A stretch of 64,000 nucleotides of DNA from Dehalococcoidia bacterium (GTDB taxonomy: Bacteria > Chloroflexota > Dehalococcoidia > Lucifugimonadales > UBA3495): contig JAJDTP010000021.1 of the NCBI GenBank assembly GCA_022827095.1, positions 258,771 to 322,770 of the forward strand, written 5' to 3'. A program made the translations under genes and the position numbers. Below, in pieces: positions 8,518 to 17,938 of the stretch; the stretch's first letter is position 1, and each line of letters starts with the position of its first letter. A model generated the notes under the pieces. It ran no database searches. It had not been told where the DNA came from and saw nothing but the letters and a program-made list of their open reading frames with translations.

Positions 8518-9672
8518 ATGTCTCAGTTTCGGCCCGTTCGCGAAGTGATGGTGGTGGGAGTTGGTCTGCACGCCTTCGGCCGGTTCCCCGAGGAGAACCT
8601 GTCAGACCTGGCGCGGGACGCGGTGGTTGACGCGCTGCGGGATTCCGGGGTGCCGTGGTCGGCGATTCCGGTGGCATATTTTGGGCACGTGTACTACCAC
8701 GGGATGTCGATTGGCGAGACCACGCTGGCGCAGCTGGGGCTGACCGGGGTGCCGATCATCAACGTGGAAAACGCGTGTTCCAGCGGGTCCACTGCGTTCT
8801 GGCAGGCGTACTGGGGGATCACATCGGGCGTGTTCGACATGGCGCTGGCATTTGGCGCGGAGAAGGTGCCCAGCGGGCCGGTGACGGTGACCGCAGAAAA
8901 CAGCCCGGCGCGGTACATCGGCGGCGACCACATGATGGCGGGATACGCGCTTCGCATGAAACGGTACATGGAGGAGACCGGGGCGCCGGCGTCGGCACTG
9001 GCACAGGTGTCGGTTAAAGCACGGCAGGCGGCGTCGATGAACCCATACGCCCACCGCAAAGAAACCTATTCAGTGGAAGACGTGCTGAACTCCCGGCTAA
9101 TCGCGGACCCGCTGACCCTGTACCAGTGCTGCCCGACCAGCGAAGGCGGAGCGGCGGCGGTGCTGTGCGCGGCGGACGCGCTGGACACCTACGGCATCGA
9201 CCGGAGCCGCGCGATCCGCGTGGCCGCGGCGGCTTTGACCTCGGGCAACTACAACGGACGGGGCAGCGACCATTCGGCGTTCAGCCCGTACCGCACTGAG
9301 CCGGCTGCATTGCAGGCGTACGAGATGGCGGGGATCGGCCCGGAAGACGTCGACATCGCGCAGGTCCATGACGCAGCGACCATCGGCGAGCTACAGCAGA
9401 TCGAGGCGCTGCATTTGACGCCGTTCGGAGAAGCCTGGCGGGCGACCGAAGAAGGGCGCACGGCGCTGGGCGGGGACATTCCGGTGAACACAGACGGGGG
9501 CCTGCTGGCGATGGGTCACCCCTTCGGGGCCAGCGGCATCCGCATGGTGCATGAGACGGTGACGCAGCTACGGGGTGAAGCCGGCCCACGGCAGGTGGAA
9601 AACGCGCGAGTCGGAGTGGCCCAATGCTCGGGAGCCGGGGACGTAACGACGGTGCACATCCTGACGCGGTAG
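8518..9672 (+). CDS. thiolase-like protein (SCP-x/nonspecific lipid-transfer type)
   Basis: MSQFRPVREVMVVGVG..., NACSSGSTAF (active-site Cys region), GHPFGASG near the C-terminus. Start moved to ATG 8518 (GAAGGTGG upstream) because the track's extension reads through the repeat. Confidence 0.85.
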   Translation: MSQFRPVREVMVVGVGLHAFGRFPEENLSDLARDAVVDALRDSGVPWSAIPVAYFGHVYYHGMSIGETTLAQLGLTGVPIINVENACSSGSTAFWQAYWGITSGVFDMALAFGAEKVPSGPVTVTAENSPARYIGGDHMMAGYALRMKRYMEETGAPASALAQVSVKARQAASMNPYAHRKETYSVEDVLNSRLIADPLTLYQCCPTSEGGAAAVLCAADALDTYGIDRSRAIRVAAAALTSGNYNGRGSDHSAFSPYRTEPAALQAYEMAGIGPEDVDIAQVHDAATIGELQQIEALHLTPFGEAWRATEEGRTALGGDIPVNTDGGLLAMGHPFGASGIRMVHETVTQLRGEAGPRQVENARVGVAQCSGAGDVTTVHILTR

Positions 9673-9681
9673 CGCCGGGTT

Positions 9682-9756
9682 CAAGATTGCCGCGTTACGC
9701 TCGGAATGACATCGGCCAGCGGAATGGCGAGACTGTCGCGCTGCGCTCGCTACTAC
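9682..9756. repeat. repeat-family copy plus a degenerate second arm
   Basis: CAAGATTGCCGCGTTACGCTCGGAATGAC (9682-9710) and the degenerate GAGACTGTCGCGCTGCGCTCGCTACTAC (about 9729-9756). Confidence 0.7.
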
Positions 9757-9804
9757 AGGGTTTTGCCCGTGGGCGCATTGAAGGAACCTTAGATTGGATG
9801 GATC

Positions 9805-10089
9805 ATGGCGAACTTCATGATCATGGCGGCGATGCGGGGACGGTTCATGTCGGAACAGGGTAACCTGTACGACAATTTCCAGATGCTGGGATACATGGAA
9901 GGGGCTTCGCCCTTCGACGCGGTGGCAGCGTTCTTCGACCAACCCAAGTTCCCGATCGTGTGGGCGGATGTGGAGTATATGTGGGCCGAACGTCTGGCAG
10001 ACGATCCAGCGAACGGGCACCACGGGGAATACGAAAAGGTCTACATCGCGTCGCTGCGGGAGCGATGGGAGGGAAGTTCGCGGAATTGA
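9805..10089 (+). CDS. hypothetical protein
   Basis: 94 aa with an ATG start, non-biased composition, and a strong hairpin terminator downstream. No family recognised. Confidence 0.5.
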   Translation: MANFMIMAAMRGRFMSEQGNLYDNFQMLGYMEGASPFDAVAAFFDQPKFPIVWADVEYMWAERLADDPANGHHGEYEKVYIASLRERWEGSSRN

Positions 10090-10179
10090 GGGTTACATCG
10101 ATGGACAGGATTGACAGGATATAGTTGTGAGAGATCGGGGCGAGGCCGGGTGATATCTACAGCGGCGCGGATAACAAAT

Positions 10180-10215
10180 AGGGGCGAATGACCATTCGCC
10201 CCTAGCGTTTTTCGC
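10180..10215. terminator. bidirectional rho-independent terminator candidate
   Basis: Perfect hairpin AGGGGCGAATGACCATTCGCCCCT followed by AGCGTTTTTCG on the plus strand and ATTTGTTAT on the minus strand. Lies between convergent genes. Confidence 0.6.
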
Positions 10216-10245
10216 TTTACGCGTTGGCCGCTCATCGGCCGGCAA

Positions 10246-11028
10246 TTACACGGAGGCAGCCTTGTCCCGCAGGCGCGTGAACTCGGTGCGGAACCCTTCG
10301 GCCAGGGCGCGCCGGTCAGTGCCGTGGAGGACGAAGCGAGCGCCCTGCTCGATCCAATATTCGGATAGCTCGGGCGTTTGATGGTGAACCAAAGTGGGCA
10401 ACCCCTTGGCCTCGCACTTGTCGATGATGCCCTTGACGGTGGTCTTGTAGACCTCCTGGGCGTAATCGTCGGGGACACCCAGAGAGATGCTCATGTCGTT
10501 GGGGCCGACGAAGATGGCATCGATGTGGGGAACGGCCAGCATGGCGTCGAGGTTATCGACGGCGGCATGGCTCTCAATGCCGATGATGCAGATGTTGTCT
10601 CGGTTGCGAGCGGCGAGGTAATCCTGGCTGGCGTCGCTGGGGAACGTGCCGGACTCCAGGGCATCCTCGGCGGCAGCGCCCTTGAGTGGGCGGAACTTCG
10701 CGGCCTTGACTACCTCGCGCACCTGGTCGACGGTCTCGCAGTAGGGGGCGAGGATGCCCTGGGCGCCGGCGTCGATGGCCATCGTGACGTAGTGGGAATC
10801 CGGGATAGGGATGCGAACAATGGGAACGACGCTGATGGTGTTGAACATCGTCAGGTAGTCGCCCAGTTCGCCCCGGCTGCGCGGGCTGTGCTCGGTGTCG
10901 ATGATGACGTAGTCGAGGCCGACGCCGTCGAGAATGGGTATCCAGCGGGGGCTGCGGTTGATGCTGATCATGGTACCGAAGATACGGCCGCCCTGCTGAA
11001 GGGTCTGCTTGAGGTCTGCGCCGCTCAT
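10246..11028 (-). CDS. HpcH/HpaI family aldolase
   Basis: GLDYVIIDTEHSP..., FVGPNDMSISLG and other HpcH/HpaI features. ATG at 11026-11028 has AAGGAG 11 nt upstream. Confidence 0.8.
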   Translation of the reverse strand: MSGADLKQTLQQGGRIFGTMISINRSPRWIPILDGVGLDYVIIDTEHSPRSRGELGDYLTMFNTISVVPIVRIPIPDSHYVTMAIDAGAQGILAPYCETVDQVREVVKAAKFRPLKGAAAEDALESGTFPSDASQDYLAARNRDNICIIGIESHAAVDNLDAMLAVPHIDAIFVGPNDMSISLGVPDDYAQEVYKTTVKGIIDKCEAKGLPTLVHHQTPELSEYWIEQGARFVLHGTDRRALAEGFRTEFTRLRDKAASV

Positions 11029-11124
11029 GGGGTGCAATGCTCCTTACGATAGGGTGTGCGGCGAGTATAGCACGCAGGTCGTTGGGCAGAAGCCGGCGGG
11101 CACGGATGCGCGCCCGCAAGCCCT

Positions 11125-11260
11125 CTCACGCGTACCCAGTTTGTCATCGCGAGGAGCGCAGCGACGTGGCGATCCCGTTGCTGAAAGCAACCCTGTTGTT
11201 ATCACGAGATTGCCACGGTGCGCTCGCAATGACCGGTGGGGGAAACTGGGTGCGCATGAG
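11125..11260. mobile_element. MITE-like element, copy A (no coding capacity)
   Basis: 136 bp. 5' end CTCACGCGTACCC (11125-11137) and 3' end GGGTGCGCATGAG (11248-11260) are inverted repeats, 11 of 13 matching. Internal arms GTCATCGCGAGGAGCGCAGCGACGTGGCGATC and GAGATTGCCACGGTGCGCTCGCAATGAC. Flanked by the direct repeat CGCAAGCCC (11115-11123 and 11261-11269). Confidence 0.7.
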
Positions 11261-11363
11261 CGCAAGCCCCTGGCGCTTACGGGACAACGATGGCTCCCGA
11301 CGTGTGCTACACTGGCCCAGTTAGACCGGCAATGGATTGAAATGACGGCGTAATCCGGGGTAA

Positions 11364-12494
11364 TTGTTGCGGAATCAGTATCGTTATATTGGTGAACAGG
11401 GGGATTGGGACGCGGTGGCGGAGGAGTTACGGCGAGCTCCGCGACTGGCACTGGATACTGAGCGGAATGGCCGGTTCGCGTACCGCGAGCGGATCTGCCT
11501 GATACAGATTTCCGACGGACGGGAGACGTACCTGCTGGACCCGCTGTCCGTGAAGGGACTGGACGCCCTGGGCGAGTTGCTGGCGGACGAAGCGGTGGGG
11601 ATCGTGATGCACGGCTGCGAAGAGGATGTGCGCTTCTTTGACCGTGATTTCGGCTTTGAGGTCAACAATCTGTTCGACACCGGATTGGCCGCGCGTTTCC
11701 TGGGAGTATCGAGGCCGAACCTGGGAGCGGTACTGGAAGAGTTCTGTGGCGTGGGGATCGCCAAGGATCCCAAGCTGCAGGTTTCGCACTGGGGTCTCCG
11801 GCCGCTATCCGGTCCGGCGCTGGATTATGCGGCCAGCGACGTACACCACCTGATACCGCTCGCCGACGAGCTGGAGTACCGGCTCGACAAACTGGGGCGC
11901 GTAGAATGGGTGCGAGAAGAGTGCGCGCGGATTACCGCACTGCGCCATCCCCCAGAGGAACCGCTGGAGACGGCGTTTCGCCGGGTTAAGGGATGGGAGA
12001 GCCTCAATCCCAGGGAAGCGGCGGTACTCCAGGAACTGTACGCGTTTCGGGACGGCAAGGCGTGCGCCTGGGACGTTCCGCCGACGCAGGCGGCGAGCAA
12101 CGGCGACCTGTTGGAACTGGCGCAGTGTTACGGCAGGCCGCCACGGGGAGTCGGCGGGTTGCTGGCATCCCGGTGCTTCGGCGAGTTGATGGAAGCGCTT
12201 GAACGGGGCATGGACGGACCTGAGGCGCCAAAACCACCGAGGCCGGACCGAGGCGCCGAGCCCTGGACACATGAAAGCCGGGAACGGCTCAAGGTCTTGA
12301 AGCAATGGCGACTGCGATTGAGCGCGGAGTTGGATCTGGCGGTCAGCCACATTTGGCCCACGCCCAGCCTGGAAAGGATAGCGTTGAGACCGGAGCGATT
12401 ACGCGATGAGCTGGCGGGCGGCGACGGGGAAGTGCGGCAGTGGCAGCGGGAGGAGTTCGGCGAAACGTTATCTGGGTTAGTGGTCGAAGCATGA
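11364..12494 (+). CDS. rnd: ribonuclease D (3'-5' exonuclease plus HRDC)
   Basis: LALDTERNGRFAYRERICLIQIS (Exo I), MHGCEEDV, and YAASDVHHL (Exo III). TTG start as in the track. Confidence 0.8.
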   Translation: MLRNQYRYIGEQGDWDAVAEELRRAPRLALDTERNGRFAYRERICLIQISDGRETYLLDPLSVKGLDALGELLADEAVGIVMHGCEEDVRFFDRDFGFEVNNLFDTGLAARFLGVSRPNLGAVLEEFCGVGIAKDPKLQVSHWGLRPLSGPALDYAASDVHHLIPLADELEYRLDKLGRVEWVREECARITALRHPPEEPLETAFRRVKGWESLNPREAAVLQELYAFRDGKACAWDVPPTQAASNGDLLELAQCYGRPPRGVGGLLASRCFGELMEALERGMDGPEAPKPPRPDRGAEPWTHESRERLKVLKQWRLRLSAELDLAVSHIWPTPSLERIALRPERLRDELAGGDGEVRQWQREEFGETLSGLVVEA

Positions 12495-12501
12495 CAGAAA
12501 T

Positions 12502-12528
12502 GTGGGGCGCCCGAAATGGACGCCCCAC
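12502..12528. terminator. hairpin between convergent genes
   Basis: GTGGGGCG-cccgaaatgga-CGCCCCAC. The T-tract is weak (ATTTCTGT on the minus strand). Confidence 0.4.
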
Positions 12529-12551
12529 GCGCTTCCCGCCGGCCGGACATA

Positions 12552-13634
12552 TCAGGCGCCGAAAGTCATCAGCTCCTCACAGAAACGGGCGGTGTTCAAC
12601 AGGTCGGGAACGACGACATATTCGTCTATCGTGTGCATGAGGTTGGTGGACATACCGACGACGACGCTCTCGATGCCGTGGAGGCGGAACACGTTGCCGT
12701 CAGTGCCGCCACCGGAGGGCCGGATGTCCGGCTGGAGGCCCATGTCGCGCATGACACGGGTGACCAACTGCGCGGTGGCCTCGTTGGGGTCCAGGCGGTA
12801 CATCTGGAACATCATTTCCAGATTCTCGTTGATTTCAGCCTCGGAGTAACGCCCGCGGATGGTATTCACTGCGGCGACGAGTTGCATGCGCATGAGCTCC
12901 AGGGACTCCATGTTCATGCTGCGGAACTCGCCGGATACGGTGGCCTCGGAAGGAACGGCGTTGCGAACGGTTCCGCCGGTGATGGTGCCGACGTTGAACG
13001 TTGTTTCGTGGTCGATGCGACCCTGGGGCAACTCGGCGATGATGTCGCTGGCGATGCGGATGGCGGACAGGCCTTTTTCGGGTTCGACGCCGGCGTGGGC
13101 GCCACGGCCCTTGATATCAATGTCGAAAGCCATATAGGTGGGGCTGCCGCCAGTGATGGAGTTGACCGGCCCGTTCCCGTCGAACACGACGGCCTCCGTG
13201 CTGGAGATCATCGAAAAGTCGAGGTTGGATGCGCCGACCAAGCCGATTTCCTCGCCCCGGGTGAACACCACCTGTACGGGACGACGAGGGCGGTTATCAT
13301 CGTGCACAGTTTGCAGCGCCTCGATAATGGCAGCCACCCCGGCCTTGCAATCGCCGCCGAGGATGGTACTGCCGTCGGAGGTGATCCGGTCGCCGACGAC
13401 CTGGGGTTTGATGCTGCGGCCGGGGTCGACGGTATCCATGTGGGCCGACAACAGCAGGGGATTGTCCCCATCCTCGCGGGCGATGACGTTGCCGTGCTCG
13501 TCACGTGCGACCTGGAAGCCGAGTTTGGACAGCCGCTCGGAGACGTGGAGAGCGACGTCCCATTCCTCGCCGGAAGGGCTGTCGATTCGGACCAAATCGC
13601 AGAAGTCGTTGATCAATCGTTCCTGGTTAGGCAT
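12552..13634 (-). CDS. M20 family metallopeptidase (peptidase T-like)
   Basis: MPNQERLINDFCDLVRIDSPSGEE..., LLLSAHMDTV, GGDCKAG, RGEEIGLVG. ATG at 13632-13634 with AGGAG upstream. Confidence 0.85.
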   Translation of the reverse strand: MPNQERLINDFCDLVRIDSPSGEEWDVALHVSERLSKLGFQVARDEHGNVIAREDGDNPLLLSAHMDTVDPGRSIKPQVVGDRITSDGSTILGGDCKAGVAAIIEALQTVHDDNRPRRPVQVVFTRGEEIGLVGASNLDFSMISSTEAVVFDGNGPVNSITGGSPTYMAFDIDIKGRGAHAGVEPEKGLSAIRIASDIIAELPQGRIDHETTFNVGTITGGTVRNAVPSEATVSGEFRSMNMESLELMRMQLVAAVNTIRGRYSEAEINENLEMMFQMYRLDPNEATAQLVTRVMRDMGLQPDIRPSGGGTDGNVFRLHGIESVVVGMSTNLMHTIDEYVVVPDLLNTARFCEELMTFGA

Positions 13635-13812
13635 GGGGGCTCCTCGTCGGTCTGACCGTGTTCGTGGTGAGTATGGTGGTTCCCTTAGCTGCAACTGAGA
13701 GCCAGGAGGGGTGGCTCTCGGCGTGGTGGTAGGTGTCTGAAAACGGTCCCGACGCGCTGCTCCCCAATCAGGCTACGATCAATTCGGATTAGGTGAGAAC
13801 GGTGCAGTCAGG

Positions 13813-13841
13813 TTGCCTATTATATCGTGGGTAACTAGAAT
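13813..13841 (+). promoter_or_regulatory. sigma-70-like promoter candidate for a near-leaderless GNAT mRNA
   Basis: TTGCCT (13813-13818), a 17-nt spacer, then TAGAAT (13836-13841). The GNAT ATG lies at 13851, only 9 nt after the -10 box, with no Shine-Dalgarno. Confidence 0.4.
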
Positions 13842-13850
13842 TATGATGCC

Positions 13851-14309
13851 ATGGTAAAAGAATTGAACATACGACAGGCCGGGGTTGACGATGGAGAAGC
13901 CATCACCAGGTTCAACGCGGCGATGGCGCTGGAGTCGGAAGGGATATCGCTGGACCGCACGACACTCAGAGCGGGGGTGGAAGCCGCGCTCGTGGACGAG
14001 GCCAAAGCCTTCTACCTGCTGGCGGAAACGGAAGGCAGCCCCGTCGGCCAGCTGATGGTCACGACCGAATGGAGTGACTGGCGCAACGGTTGGATCTGGT
14101 GGATCCAATCCGTTTATGTCAAGCCCGAGTCCCGGCGACAGGGCGTGTACCGAAAGCTGTACGAGCGGCTCACCGAGATGGCTGACGCCCGAGGCGACAT
14201 ACGCGGCATGCGGTTGTACGTGATGCGCGATAACTGGCCGGCGAAGCGCACTTACCAAGCCCTGGGCATGAGCCATTCCCATTACGACCTCTATGAAACA
14301 GGGCTTTAA
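13851..14309 (+). CDS. GNAT family N-acetyltransferase
   Basis: 152 aa. VYVKPESRRQGVYRKLY matches the acetyl-CoA-binding motif A (Q/RxxGxG/A-like). Confidence 0.85.
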   Translation: MVKELNIRQAGVDDGEAITRFNAAMALESEGISLDRTTLRAGVEAALVDEAKAFYLLAETEGSPVGQLMVTTEWSDWRNGWIWWIQSVYVKPESRRQGVYRKLYERLTEMADARGDIRGMRLYVMRDNWPAKRTYQALGMSHSHYDLYETGL

Positions 14310-14426
14310 CCGGGCGGATGCGTATGCTGGCGATGGAAGGCACAGCTTGGATGATCACAAGCCGTCCGGAGTGGTAGCAAAACGGGCGAATGATGGCGCG
14401 ATGATGACGTTCAGCGGACAGAGGAA

Positions 14427-15479
14427 ATGAGCACGGGCGGCGACTTACCGACTGAGTTTCACTACACCGCGCGGGGACAACTGGCCCTGAGGGCCGGCCA
14501 GCTACAGGCCGCGGTCGACGACTTTAACCACGCCCTGGAGATCAACGACGAGTTCGCGCCGGCCTATTACTACCGGGGCCTCGCATATCGCAACGGCGGC
14601 GACCTGAACCAGGCGATTGCCGACTACACACGGGCGATAATCGCGGATCCCGAGTATCCGGTGCCGTACTACGCCCGCGGCGTGGTGAGGCGGCACCTGG
14701 GGTTCTACGAGGACGCCATCAGCGACTACTCGGCGGCCATCGAACTGGAGCCGGACGACGCCGATTACTACTATGCACGAGGGGTGGCCCGGATTTCGCT
14801 GGGACGCTACGAGGAAGCCATTTCGGATTTCCAGGCGTGCGCGCGGATCAACCCGGAACACGCCAATGCCCAGTACAACCTGGGGATCGCCTATCGAGAT
14901 TCCGGTGACCGGGAGACGGCGCTGGACTACTACAACCGGGCAATCGAACTACGACCGGGTGAGCCGGATTACCGCTACGCTCGGGGCAACCTCTACAGCG
15001 ACCGCAGGGATTATGACGCGGCGATAGAGGATTACGATGCCGCCATTGCCCTGGTGCCGACGTTCGCCAACGCGCTCTACAACCGGGGAATTGCCAAACG
15101 GAACCGCGGAGAACCCGTCGACGCTATCGCCGATTTTGACCTGGCGCAACAGTGCGGCATGGATACGGCGACGCTGCACCACAACCGGGGCGTGGCGAGG
15201 GCGGACCTTGGGGATCACAATGCGGCAATCGCGGAGTATGAAATTGCCATCGAAAAGAACGCCGGCCTCGCCGGGGTGTGGTTGTCGATGGGCAACTCCA
15301 AAGCGGCGCTCGGCGAATTCGGAGTAGCCATCGAGGCCTTCGGCAAGGCGGTGGAACTCAACGATACGCTGGCCGAAGCATACCGGGGCCGGGCTCTGGC
15401 GAACCGGGCGCTGGGAGACGAAGCGGCAGCGGCAGCGGACCTGCTGGAGTACACGCGGCGGACCGGCGGAAGTGCATGA
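14427..15479 (+). CDS. tetratricopeptide repeat protein
   Basis: 350 aa of about nine 34-residue TPR units (A..YY.RG.AY...GD...AI.DY..AI). Confidence 0.9.
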   Translation: MSTGGDLPTEFHYTARGQLALRAGQLQAAVDDFNHALEINDEFAPAYYYRGLAYRNGGDLNQAIADYTRAIIADPEYPVPYYARGVVRRHLGFYEDAISDYSAAIELEPDDADYYYARGVARISLGRYEEAISDFQACARINPEHANAQYNLGIAYRDSGDRETALDYYNRAIELRPGEPDYRYARGNLYSDRRDYDAAIEDYDAAIALVPTFANALYNRGIAKRNRGEPVDAIADFDLAQQCGMDTATLHHNRGVARADLGDHNAAIAEYEIAIEKNAGLAGVWLSMGNSKAALGEFGVAIEAFGKAVELNDTLAEAYRGRALANRALGDEAAAAADLLEYTRRTGGSA

Positions 15480-16309
15480 CGGACGCTGATTCCTGGCGCG
15501 ACCTGCGGGCCGGCGACCAGATCGGCAACCTCGAATACTTGGTCGACGAAGCGGCTTTGATCCAGTACCGGCGCGTGGTGGGCGCTAACGGCTGCTTCCC
15601 CAACCTGATGGCGGAAGACTGCCGGGCGATGCTGGGTAAACGCGGCGCCGGGGAACCGTTGGTCACGGTCTGGCAGCGTTTCGATTTCCTGCGGCCGCCG
15701 ATCATTGGGCGGCGCGTGCAGGTCGGCGGATGGATGAGGGAGGTCGGCGAGAAGTGTGGCCGGGCCTGGCTAAAGGCGGCGGCTTTCGCGGTCGACGAAA
15801 TTGGAACCGAGATCCTGCGCTCGGAAGCCGCGTTCATCATCGGCGGTGAGGCGGCGCGTCCAGAGGGAAACGTAGACAAGCTGGAGGTCAATACGGGAAT
15901 GGGCAGCCTGGCCCGAAGTCGCGCCGGCGATAGCGGCCACCTGGGGGAACTGCGGCTGCCAGGCGAGGAGCAATGCCAGGACTTTCACCTTCCGGCGAAA
16001 GAAATGACCGGGTTCGACCTGCGTCCGGATGGACATGGGTTGACATGGATCACGGTGGGGTGGCTGGAAGGCTTGATGGGGGCCGATTTCGGTGACGACT
16101 TTCGGTGGGGCGGCCGGCTGTCGATTGCGCATCACGCGACGGTGATCTGTGGCATGAGGCTGCGCTGCGACGGCGTGGTGCTAGACCACGACATCGACGT
16201 CTCCGGTGTGGAGTCAAGGCGGGTGGCGATGTCAGTTCGGGATGCTGCGGGCCGGCGTGTAGCCACGGCGGAGGCGGCGGTAACATCGCCAAGCCCGCGA
16301 CTGGTTTGA
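15476..16309 (+). CDS. hypothetical protein, possibly double hotdog fold (MaoC-like)
   Basis: ATGA start/stop overlap with the TPR gene. Two roughly 130-aa halves each resemble hotdog-fold segments (low certainty). The track's N-terminal extension lies in an alternative frame of the TPR gene. Confidence 0.55.
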   Translation: MTDADSWRDLRAGDQIGNLEYLVDEAALIQYRRVVGANGCFPNLMAEDCRAMLGKRGAGEPLVTVWQRFDFLRPPIIGRRVQVGGWMREVGEKCGRAWLKAAAFAVDEIGTEILRSEAAFIIGGEAARPEGNVDKLEVNTGMGSLARSRAGDSGHLGELRLPGEEQCQDFHLPAKEMTGFDLRPDGHGLTWITVGWLEGLMGADFGDDFRWGGRLSIAHHATVICGMRLRCDGVVLDHDIDVSGVESRRVAMSVRDAAGRRVATAEAAVTSPSPRLV

Positions 16310-16402
16310 GGCCGGCCAGTTGGTCCTGAAAGTCACAGGGCCTACGGCGACGGACGCACACGCGGACGGCGTCGATAACATTGAGATCAAAACGGAGGGT
16401 TT

Positions 16403-17152
16403 ATGCAGCGACGTGAGGCGCCCAACGTGCCCGTGCCCGAGAACTGGCAAACGGGTCTGGCGATTGTGGCCCACCCGGACGACCTTGAATACGGGGGAGC
16501 GGCGGCGATTGCCAAGTGGACGGCGCAAGGGAAACGCATCACCTACGTGATGGTGAGCCGCGGCGAAGCCGGCATCGACGGGATGCACCCGTCGAAAGTG
16601 GGGCCCTTGCGATCGCAGGAGGAGATCAACGCGGCCCGCGTTGTCGGGGTCGACACGGTGGAATTCCTGGACCACACGGACGGGGTGATAGAGTACGGCT
16701 TGCCGCTGCGGCGGGACCTGAGCCGAATGATACGCAAGTACCGGCCTGACGTTGTGATCACCATCAACCACCACCTACAGTTTTTCAGCGGACACCTGAA
16801 CATGGCGGACCACCGGTGGGTGGGACTGGCGGTGTTCGACGCGGCGCGAGATGCCGGGAACCGATGGATATTCCCAGAACTGCTGGACGAAGGGCTTGAA
16901 CCGTGGAACGAGGTGCGCTTCGTCGCGGTGTTCGGAGCGACCGTGCCAACGCACGCGGTGGACGTGTCGGAATATTGGGAGACTGGGCTGGCGTCGCTGC
17001 GAGAACACAAGGCGTACCTGGAGAACCTTGGCGACGTGGGCAACAGCCCTTTCGAATTCCTCACGGCGCATGCGCGGGAGGCGGGAGCAGGGTTCGGATG
17101 CCAGTACGCAGCGTACGCTGAGCTGGTGCTGATCAACGAGGCTTTTCTGTAA
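16403..17152 (+). CDS. PIG-L/LmbE family deacetylase
   Basis: AIVAHPDDLEYG zinc-binding signature and HxDH (NMADHRWVG). GGAGGG Shine-Dalgarno. Confidence 0.85.
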   Translation: MQRREAPNVPVPENWQTGLAIVAHPDDLEYGGAAAIAKWTAQGKRITYVMVSRGEAGIDGMHPSKVGPLRSQEEINAARVVGVDTVEFLDHTDGVIEYGLPLRRDLSRMIRKYRPDVVITINHHLQFFSGHLNMADHRWVGLAVFDAARDAGNRWIFPELLDEGLEPWNEVRFVAVFGATVPTHAVDVSEYWETGLASLREHKAYLENLGDVGNSPFEFLTAHAREAGAGFGCQYAAYAELVLINEAFL

Positions 17153-17222
17153 ACAGAGGTAACCGCATTCCTCGGTGGATGCGAGCCGATTTACGTAGTT
17201 TACACAGACGGGAGAAACCGAC

Positions 17223-17876
17223 ATGGCGGGATTTAGCGAGCAACTGCGAGCAGAGGCGGAGCCGATCTGGACGGCGATATTCCGGCATCCGTTCCTGCGG
17301 GAGATCAAGGAAGGGACGCTTCCCTTGGAGACTTTCCAGTACTATCTGGGGCAAGACTACCATTACCTGGAAGGGTTCGGGCGGGCCGTAGCGATGACCC
17401 TGGCGAAAGCTCCCGACGCGGAACTGCTCCAGGATTTGGCCCACCGGGTGATGACGCCCGTGGAGAGGCCCTTGCATCATCAGCTTATCGAGGCGGCGGG
17501 GCTGACCATGCCGGAAGTAGAGGGGGCGACGAGGTCACCAACCAACACTGCGTACGTCAACCACATGCTGGTGACGGCGGGGATGCACGGGCTGGGTCCG
17601 ACGGCGGCGGCGCTGCTGCCGTGTCCTTGGACGTATCACCTTCTGAAGGACGAGGTCGGCCAGTCGGAACACCCGCTGTACGGGCAGTGGACCCGGTTCT
17701 ACGTGGAAGGGTTCCTGCAGTCCAGCGTGGACGCGTGGACCGGATTCGTCGACGAAATGGCGGAACGGGTTGGGGAGCAAGAACGGGAGGCGATGCGCTA
17801 CGCGTTCATGGCCAGCAGCCGGTATGAGTACATGTTCTGGGATGCAGCGTACCGCCGGGAGGGATGGGCGGTTTAG
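17223..17876 (+). CDS. tenA: TenA/thiaminase-II family protein
   Basis: FRHPFLREIKEGTLPLETFQYYLGQDYHYL and a C-terminal YEYMFWDAAY, typical of TenA. Confidence 0.8.
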   Translation: MAGFSEQLRAEAEPIWTAIFRHPFLREIKEGTLPLETFQYYLGQDYHYLEGFGRAVAMTLAKAPDAELLQDLAHRVMTPVERPLHHQLIEAAGLTMPEVEGATRSPTNTAYVNHMLVTAGMHGLGPTAAALLPCPWTYHLLKDEVGQSEHPLYGQWTRFYVEGFLQSSVDAWTGFVDEMAERVGEQEREAMRYAFMASSRYEYMFWDAAYRREGWAV

Positions 17877-17938
17877 GTTTTGCCGCATCATGCTGCCGGG
17901 CAATTGCCGAGAATGCGACGATAGTCAGGGAGGTCTAC

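Noticed and set aside
8206-8677. Minus-strand ORFs 8206-8493 and 8414-8677. Likewise 11009-11353, 11037-11324, 11044-11451, 45946-46449, and the N-terminal extension of 45627-46139.
   Set aside because: They are created by reading through copies of the palindromic repeat family, giving recurrent pseudo-peptides such as CHCERSVAIS, SLRAKRGNLV and EERSDVAI. They are repeat-derived, not genes.
15278-15475. N-terminal extensions of track ORFs: 15278 for the hotdog-like gene, 39848 for the SDR, 47077 for hisB, 48236 for hisC, 26783 for the zinc-ribbon gene, 898 for the EVE gene, and 31159 for the restriction-modification gene.
   Set aside because: The extensions overlap the upstream gene in another frame or run through intergenic DNA. 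Internal ATGs with Shine-Dalgarno sites coincide with the start of the conserved family sequence.
17153-17222. TPP riboswitch upstream of tenA.
   Set aside because: The 70-nt spacer lacks the CTGAGA and ACCTGATCTGGATAATGCCAGCG-type conserved elements.
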